A DNA stretch of 64,000 nucleotides from Bacteroidales bacterium (lineage in GTDB: Bacteria; Bacteroidota; Bacteroidia; Bacteroidales; F082). Made by a program: the position numbers and the translations under genes. The stretch is from the NCBI GenBank assembly GCA_045633585.1, contig JAZQYR010000017.1, positions 175,716 through 239,715 of the forward strand, read 5' to 3'. Of this stretch, positions 58,236-64,000 are shown one piece after another; position 1 is the first letter of the stretch; every line of letters starts with the position of its first letter. The notes beneath the pieces are model-generated. The model searched no databases, had not been told where the DNA came from, and saw nothing but the letters and a program-made list of their open reading frames with translations.

Positions 58236-59738
58236 ATGAATAACCGTTTCCTAAAGAATATCATTTTCTTATTATTTATCAATCTGTTAGTAAAACCATT
58301 TTGGATTCTCGGAGTTGATAGAACGGTACAAAACTTAGTTGGCGACGCTGTATACGGAACATATTTGGCGATATTCAACTTCTCCTACCTGTTTTATATT
58401 ATACTCGACATCGGCCTAACTAATTTCAACAGCAAAAACATCGCACAAAACAACCACTTACTATCTAAACATTTCGTTGGAATAAGCCAAGCCAAAATAC
58501 TTTTAAGCATCGGATATTTCATCATCATATTTCTGATAGGATTGGCAATAGGTTATAACGCAGAACAATTGAAACTTCTTGGCATCATTGGACTTAACCA
58601 AGTTTTATTATCATTTGTCTTATATGTCAGATCAAATATAGCTGCACTATTGCTTTTTAAAACCGACAGTATTTTATCCGTCCTTGACAGAGTTTTGATG
58701 ATACTGATTTGCAGTTTCTTACTATGGTCTGGTCTTTTCTCGCAAAACGATTTTAACATTTATTGGTTTGTCTATTCTCAAACGATATCTTACCTCATAA
58801 CATTAGGCATCGCTATATTTATAGTTCTGAAACACACTGGCAAACTCGTCATAAAATTCAATTTACCATTCATACTAATGATAATTAAGAAAAGTCTCCC
58901 TTATGCACTATTAGTATTGTTAATGAGTTTTTACAATCGTCTCGAGCCTGTTCTTATCGAACGTATACTACCCAAAGATATATCTGCAGTACAAGCCGGC
59001 ATATATGCAAAAGCGTATCGCCTCTTTGATGCAGGGAACAACATTTCATATCTATTTTCCGTCATACTTCTCCCTCTATTCGCATCAGTTATAAAGAAAG
59101 GTGACGACTTGCAATCGCTAGTTAAACAATCTTTTAGCCTTATGCTAACAATGACTTGTTTAATAGCAATCGCTTGTATATTCTACAGTCAAAACCTAAT
59201 GGAGCTTTTATATCCAAGACAGGAATACGAAATGATTGACATCTACAGTAACAGAATACACGAATCTGCCAAGATACTTCAAATCCTTATGGGCAGTTTC
59301 GTTTCCATATCAATAACCTATATTTTCGGCACATTACTAACAGCCAATGGCAATCTCAAACAACTCAATTTCGTTGCTGCTATTGGTGTTATAATCAACA
59401 TCTCATTAAATTTCATATTCATACCAGCTTTCAAAGCACAAGGCGCAGCTTTTACTAGTCTTTGCGTACAATTTGCCACCTGTTTAATACAATTCCTTAT
59501 AGCCAAAAGAACCTTCAATCTTAAATTTGGTGCAAATTTATGGATTAGCATATTCTCATTCATTGCTCTAACCAGCATAACAACATTTATCTTGAAGAAT
59601 ACATCCTTAAATTGGATTTATTCATTCTCGGTCTCTTCTTTATCAGGTGTTATTATTGCATTCATTACTAAGATGTTAGACTATAAAGAACTTAAATATC
59701 TAATATCATCATCAATTATTCATATCAAAAAGCAATAA
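58236..59738 (+). CDS. MOP/Wzx-like polysaccharide flippase
   Basis: About 500 aa with 12-14 predicted TM helices. ATG at 58236 (the track start at 58221 is TTG). Confidence 0.7.
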   Translation: MNNRFLKNIIFLLFINLLVKPFWILGVDRTVQNLVGDAVYGTYLAIFNFSYLFYIILDIGLTNFNSKNIAQNNHLLSKHFVGISQAKILLSIGYFIIIFLIGLAIGYNAEQLKLLGIIGLNQVLLSFVLYVRSNIAALLLFKTDSILSVLDRVLMILICSFLLWSGLFSQNDFNIYWFVYSQTISYLITLGIAIFIVLKHTGKLVIKFNLPFILMIIKKSLPYALLVLLMSFYNRLEPVLIERILPKDISAVQAGIYAKAYRLFDAGNNISYLFSVILLPLFASVIKKGDDLQSLVKQSFSLMLTMTCLIAIACIFYSQNLMELLYPRQEYEMIDIYSNRIHESAKILQILMGSFVSISITYIFGTLLTANGNLKQLNFVAAIGVIINISLNFIFIPAFKAQGAAFTSLCVQFATCLIQFLIAKRTFNLKFGANLWISIFSFIALTSITTFILKNTSLNWIYSFSVSSLSGVIIAFITKMLDYKELKYLISSSIIHIKKQ

Positions 59739-59848
59739 AACACAAAAAAATCAGTTTTTACTTTGATTTATTTCTTATCTTTGGAGAATAAAAAGGCAAT
59801 TCTATTTTTAATATAACCTTTTAAGTATCAGAATAAAATCTTAAAAAA

Positions 59849-60754
59849 ATGGATAAATATTTCGACAACATTCCTCTTTTAAAAGCGGTTTTCAAGTACA
59901 AATGGCACATTGCAGCCATAACAATAGTAGCAGCAGCTCTTGGCGCAATTTTCTCAGGACCAAAATTCATTACCCCAAGATACAAATCAGAAGCGATAGT
60001 CTACCCTAACGGCAGAGCTGAATTTTCTGATGAAACATTTACAGAGCAAATGTTACAGATTATGGAATCACAAGAAATCCTTGATTCCGTTGCTGAAATC
60101 TTTGACTTAATGAGTCATTATGAAATAAGCAAAGATTACCAATTTGCAAAAACAGCCCTTATCGGCGAATATCGCGACAGAGTTTCTATCTCAAAAACCC
60201 CTTATGATGCTGTAAAAATCAAGGTCTTAGACAAAGATCCCGAAATAGCATACGCAATGGTAAATGAAATCATCAGACTTTACAATGTAAAATTCAGAGA
60301 GATTCACAAAAGCAAGAAATGGGAAAATGTTAGAATGTATGAAAAGAATCTTGCTAGAAAATACAACTTCATTGATTCTTTAAAAAGAGAGCTTGCCCAA
60401 ATTACAAATGACGGAAACATGCTTAATTATCTCTATCTTTCAAAAGGAAATTCTATTGCTTATTTTAGCGAAGGTAAAGATAATAACGCTGATAATATGG
60501 TAAATGCTATCGCTTTAGTAGAATTAATCGCAAGTGAAACAGAAGCCTACAGCGAAGTTAGATTAGAATACGAAAAAGAAATCCGTCAAGCTGCTGGAGA
60601 TATCACCTACCTGAACTTAGTATCCAGACCTTTTGTCGCCGACAAGAAATCCTATCCTGTAAGATGGATTATCGTAGCTTTATGCGGAATCAGCGCATTC
60701 TTACTATCTGTATTAGCAGCAATTACAATAGAACAATTTAACGTAAAAGAATAA
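59849..60754 (+). CDS. Wzz-like chain-length determinant protein (no kinase domain)
   Basis: N-terminal TM (WHIAAITIVAAALGAIF) followed by PRYKSEA, a central coiled region and a C-terminal TM (WIIVALCGISAFLLSVLAAI). Confidence 0.65.
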   Translation: MDKYFDNIPLLKAVFKYKWHIAAITIVAAALGAIFSGPKFITPRYKSEAIVYPNGRAEFSDETFTEQMLQIMESQEILDSVAEIFDLMSHYEISKDYQFAKTALIGEYRDRVSISKTPYDAVKIKVLDKDPEIAYAMVNEIIRLYNVKFREIHKSKKWENVRMYEKNLARKYNFIDSLKRELAQITNDGNMLNYLYLSKGNSIAYFSEGKDNNADNMVNAIALVELIASETEAYSEVRLEYEKEIRQAAGDITYLNLVSRPFVADKKSYPVRWIIVALCGISAFLLSVLAAITIEQFNVKE

Positions 60755-60759
60755 CTATT

Positions 60760-62220
60760 TTGCAAAAAGGCATTAAAATAGCGAGTCTGTATTGTATAGT
60801 AACACTATTTGTTGCTGTAAGTCTTTATCTTGTCATAGAAAAAAGCACTTATCTAATGTTTGCATTACCTATATTATTAGGAGTGCTGATGTTATACTTA
60901 TTTTCCTACGATAAAGTTCTTTTCTTGATAGCTTTTTTAACGCCTTTATCAATAAATCTAGAAGGGGTCGGACTATCTCTATCAGTACCAGTTGAACCTT
61001 TGCTATTCGGCGTATTATTCTTCTTCATCGCCAAATTATTATATGAGAAAAAATTTGACAATAAAATAGCTTACCACCCTATATCTATTGTCATCTACAT
61101 AATGTTTATCTGGATCGTAATCACAACCATAACAAGTGAAATACCTCTGGTATCAGTCAAATACTTGTTATCAAGAATATGGTTTGTAATCCCAGCATAT
61201 TTTGTGTGTGCAAAATTATTTAAAGACCCAAATAACATCAATAAATTCATTTGGTTATATATTGCAGGACTAATCATCGTCATAACATACACGATAATAA
61301 ACCATGCCATGAACGGATTTTCCGGAAAATCAGCACACTGGGTTATGACACCATTCTACAACGACCACACTGCATATGGAGCTGCAATAGCAATATATTT
61401 AGTACTTAACGCTGCATTTTTATTTATACCAAACATAAAGACATCAAGAAAAATAATAATTGCTATCAGTTTTGCAATACTCTGTGTTGCAATGGTATTG
61501 TCTTCCTGTCGTGCTGCTTGGTTAAGCATTATAGCCGTTATCGGCATTCTGATATGCGTATTATTGAAAATAAAATTCAAGTTTATCTTGACCGTTGTAA
61601 TTGCTTTAGCAGCAATATTTTTCACATTCAGACACCAAATCATTGATGTGATGGAACGCAACGAACAAGATTCATCAAGCAATTTTGTAGAACACATCCA
61701 ATCCATTACAAACATCTCAACCGATGCATCTAACCTTGAACGTATAAATCGTTGGAGTTCGGCTTTAAGACTATTTGAAGACAGACCATTCTTCGGATGG
61801 GGACCTGGAACATATCAATTCGTTTACGCTCCATATCAATTATCCATGAACAAAACTGCTATTACAACTAATTATGGTGATGGTGGCAACGCTCACAGCG
61901 AATATATTGGAGCTCTTGCAGAAATGGGGGTAATCGGTTCTCTTATAGTAGTATTATTAGTGGTTGTATCTGTATATAAAGGTCTTACAACTTACAAAAA
62001 AGCTCAAAACAAAGAATCAAAAATATTGGTTTTAGCTGCAACATTAGCTATAATCAGCTATTTCACACACGGCGTTTTAAACAATTTTTTAGATACCGAC
62101 AAACTAGCTATTCCTATATGGAGTTGTCTTGCCATCATAACAGTCATAGACATCTATCATTCTGGCAAGACAAATTATTACGAGACTACCTCTGAAGATC
62201 AACAAACTCTAAATCAATAA
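60760..62220 (+). CDS. O-antigen ligase/polymerase-family membrane protein
   Basis: Polytopic, with SCRAAWLS and a periplasmic loop containing RINRWSSALRLFEDRPFFGWGPGTY...GNAHSEY, typical of the O-antigen ligase family. The TTG start is uncertain. Confidence 0.65.
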   Translation: MQKGIKIASLYCIVTLFVAVSLYLVIEKSTYLMFALPILLGVLMLYLFSYDKVLFLIAFLTPLSINLEGVGLSLSVPVEPLLFGVLFFFIAKLLYEKKFDNKIAYHPISIVIYIMFIWIVITTITSEIPLVSVKYLLSRIWFVIPAYFVCAKLFKDPNNINKFIWLYIAGLIIVITYTIINHAMNGFSGKSAHWVMTPFYNDHTAYGAAIAIYLVLNAAFLFIPNIKTSRKIIIAISFAILCVAMVLSSCRAAWLSIIAVIGILICVLLKIKFKFILTVVIALAAIFFTFRHQIIDVMERNEQDSSSNFVEHIQSITNISTDASNLERINRWSSALRLFEDRPFFGWGPGTYQFVYAPYQLSMNKTAITTNYGDGGNAHSEYIGALAEMGVIGSLIVVLLVVVSVYKGLTTYKKAQNKESKILVLAATLAIISYFTHGVLNNFLDTDKLAIPIWSCLAIITVIDIYHSGKTNYYETTSEDQQTLNQ

Positions 62221-63487
62221 CAAGAGGAGTATTTGCTGGCAAGTCTTCATCTATTTTTATATCTCCAAAACCTAATCTTGACGGAACGATAATTCTAGAC
62301 TTCCCTCCCACTCTCATATAACCTAAAGCTTCTTCTATACCAGCAATCATTTGGTTATCTCCATAAACAAACGGCAATGGTTGTCCGTAATCATAACTAC
62401 TTTCTATCAATTGATTATCAAAAGTGTACATAGAATAATGCACTGCAACCAAATCCCCTTTTTGTACAGAATCGCCAATACCCGCTTGAGTTTCTATATA
62501 ATACAAACCAGACAATTGAGGTTTTTCCGTTATATTATTATCTTTAACATACTTGGATATTTTTTGAGGTTCTTCCTGCAATCTTTTAGCGTTAGCTGCA
62601 TCTTCTTTTTCCTTAATTGACTTCTGTTCTGCTTCATATTCATCTGAGGTCATTATATCAAAGACCTCCAATGTCAACTTAAACGGTGTATAAGGAAGTA
62701 TTGCATCCTGAAAACCATCACTTCCAAATGCCAATACTGAAGGTATTATAAATTCACCACTACCACCTTTTGCGACAAGACCTAAAGCCTCATAAAAACC
62801 TTGACCTAAAGCCATATCCCCAAAAACCAACTCATACGGCTCTCCTGTTGTAAAATCTAATAAAGTATCACCAGCAAGCGTCTGAAATGTAAAATACACT
62901 TTCATTATATTACCAGGCTTTGCAAATTTCCCTTTACCTTTAATATCTACAATTATCAGACTATCTTCTGTAATCGCATATCTATCATCATTATAATATG
63001 GCAACAGAGCTGATATTTCATCATTTTTCCTCAAAATCATTTCGTTACGAATTTCTTCTTCCAGAACATCTTTCTTCACTATCTCTTTCAACACAATGTC
63101 CATTTCTATCATAACGCCATCTTCAACATATTCAGGAACTTCCTCACCTATGCTAAGAAACATAGAGTCAAGACTAAAAATCAACGATGCATGATCGTTC
63201 AAATGCATACTCATCAATGCACACATAAAGTCACCTACAAAAGAAGGTTCCTCAATCAGAACTTCAAACGGCTCTCCTATCATCTCAGAACTAAACAACA
63301 CTGAATCTGATAGTTTTTGAATAACATCTACCAATACCAAATCACCTATTTCTGGCATTGGATTATCTTTATTAATTTCATAAAACTTCATTAAAGCTCC
63401 ATTATCCGTTTTTTTATATTCTCTATTGCAAGAAAGCATAAACAAACCGGAAATCGCTAAAACAATCAAGGATAATTTTATTTTCAT
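62186..63487 (-). CDS. Lipoprotein with three FKBP-like peptidyl-prolyl isomerase domains
   Basis: MKIKLSLIVLAISGLFMLSCN signal peptide plus lipobox. The C-terminal domain GDLVAVHYSMYTFDNQLIESS...FVYGDNQMIAGIEEAL is canonical FKBP, and the two upstream domains are more degenerate. Confidence 0.75.
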   Translation of the reverse strand: MKIKLSLIVLAISGLFMLSCNREYKKTDNGALMKFYEINKDNPMPEIGDLVLVDVIQKLSDSVLFSSEMIGEPFEVLIEEPSFVGDFMCALMSMHLNDHASLIFSLDSMFLSIGEEVPEYVEDGVMIEMDIVLKEIVKKDVLEEEIRNEMILRKNDEISALLPYYNDDRYAITEDSLIIVDIKGKGKFAKPGNIMKVYFTFQTLAGDTLLDFTTGEPYELVFGDMALGQGFYEALGLVAKGGSGEFIIPSVLAFGSDGFQDAILPYTPFKLTLEVFDIMTSDEYEAEQKSIKEKEDAANAKRLQEEPQKISKYVKDNNITEKPQLSGLYYIETQAGIGDSVQKGDLVAVHYSMYTFDNQLIESSYDYGQPLPFVYGDNQMIAGIEEALGYMRVGGKSRIIVPSRLGFGDIKIDEDLPANTPLVIDLEFVDLQR

Positions 63488-63545
63488 GGTAACAAATATT
63501 TTATTTATAAATATAACAATTCATTGTCAATATTGTTTTCTTAAT

Positions 63546-63592
63546 AAAAAAACTAGAGATAGACCAATATAAAACCAGGTATCTATCTCTAG
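63546..63592 (-). terminator. Intrinsic terminator of the partial FKBP gene
   Basis: CTAGAGATAG/CTATCTCTAG 10-bp stem followed on the minus strand by T7. Confidence 0.7.
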
Positions 63593-63629
63593 CATTTTAT
63601 CAATTTCTCAACAAAAACTTGAGAAACAA

Positions 63630-64000
63630 TTAGAAACCAATAAGTTCTACTTCAAAAACAAGAGTTGCAAAAGGAGGAATCGGACCAGAACCCATATTTC
63701 CATAAGCTAAATAATAAGGTATATAGAACACTCCTTTTTCACCCTTTGACATCATTTGAACACCTTCATCCCAACCAGGAATAACCTGTCCAATTCCAAG
63801 TACAAACTGGAATGGTTCATTTCTAGTAAAAGATGAATCGAAAACTGTTCCATCTAACAACTTACCAGTATAATGAACTTTTACCATAGTTCCTACTTGT
63901 GGTTTAACGCCATCTCCGTCTTTTATTTTAACATAATTCAATCCTGTTGAAGTTGTTATAGGATTTATTCCATTATCTTTAAAATACTTATATAATTCAT
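63630..64000 (-). CDS. FKBP-type peptidyl-prolyl isomerase, 5' end outside the window
   Basis: VKVHYTGKLLDGTVFDSS...FVLGIGQVIPGWDEGV core. The frame stays open upstream of the track start (ELYKYFKDNGINPITTSTGLNYV) to the window edge. Confidence 0.85.
   Translation of the reverse strand, partial: ELYKYFKDNGINPITTSTGLNYVKIKDGDGVKPQVGTMVKVHYTGKLLDGTVFDSSFTRNEPFQFVLGIGQVIPGWDEGVQMMSKGEKGVFYIPYYLAYGNMGSGPIPPFATLVFEVELIGF

Noticed and set aside
1-64000. CRISPR arrays, IS elements, prophage or conjugative genes, rRNA, tmRNA, RNase P, known riboswitches
   Set aside because: I scanned the ORF content and all intergenic regions longer than 80 bp by eye. No regularly spaced repeats, transposase or phage-like proteins, or recognisable conserved RNA cores were seen. 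A computational scan (Infernal/Rfam, ISfinder, CRISPR finders) would be needed to be definitive.

Overview
This is a densely packed 64-kb chromosomal segment from a low-GC Bacteroidota (Bacteroidales-like) genome, with about 55 CDS and 3 tRNAs. The phylum call rests on three things: many exact matches to the Bacteroides -7 promoter motif TAnnTTTG just upstream of genes, three proteins with type IX secretion (T9SS) C-terminal sorting domains, and families typical of the phylum (DUF3078, DUF4293, DUF1573, Rho with a large N-terminal insertion). Most of the content is housekeeping: pdxS, gcvP, typA, an AddA-like helicase-nuclease, tamB, tsaD, dgt, trmD-rplS, rlmB-like, rho, mpl, xerD, recA, nth, relA/spoT, clpS, lolD and lolE-like genes, rfbD and a phosphosugar mutase. 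I saw no IS element, prophage, integrase-bounded island or CRISPR array, and I cannot point to a convincing new multi-gene system. The best candidates for follow-up are: (1) a ~82-nt GC-rich intergenic repeat present twice (149-230 and 8270-8350), with a compensatory change in an internal hairpin, copy A lying inside a 265-bp segment bounded by a perfect 15-bp inverted repeat; (2) short tandem 'stutter' repeats filling many intergenic spacers, including a 26-nt AATTGTT-type repeat flanking a two-gene block; (3) a hicA-hicB cassette followed by a possible fused DUF4160-like/DUF2442 protein, with phased TTTTAACAC repeats upstream; (4) a membrane-anchored TPR / GerE-type HTH one-component regulator; (5) several unusual gene-organisation features (head-to-head overlap of tamB and tsaD, ATGA coupling of tamB with the AddA-like gene and of clpS with relA/spoT, and a terminator built into the relA/spoT 3' end). 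All functional calls come from motif recognition by eye. No database search was run.
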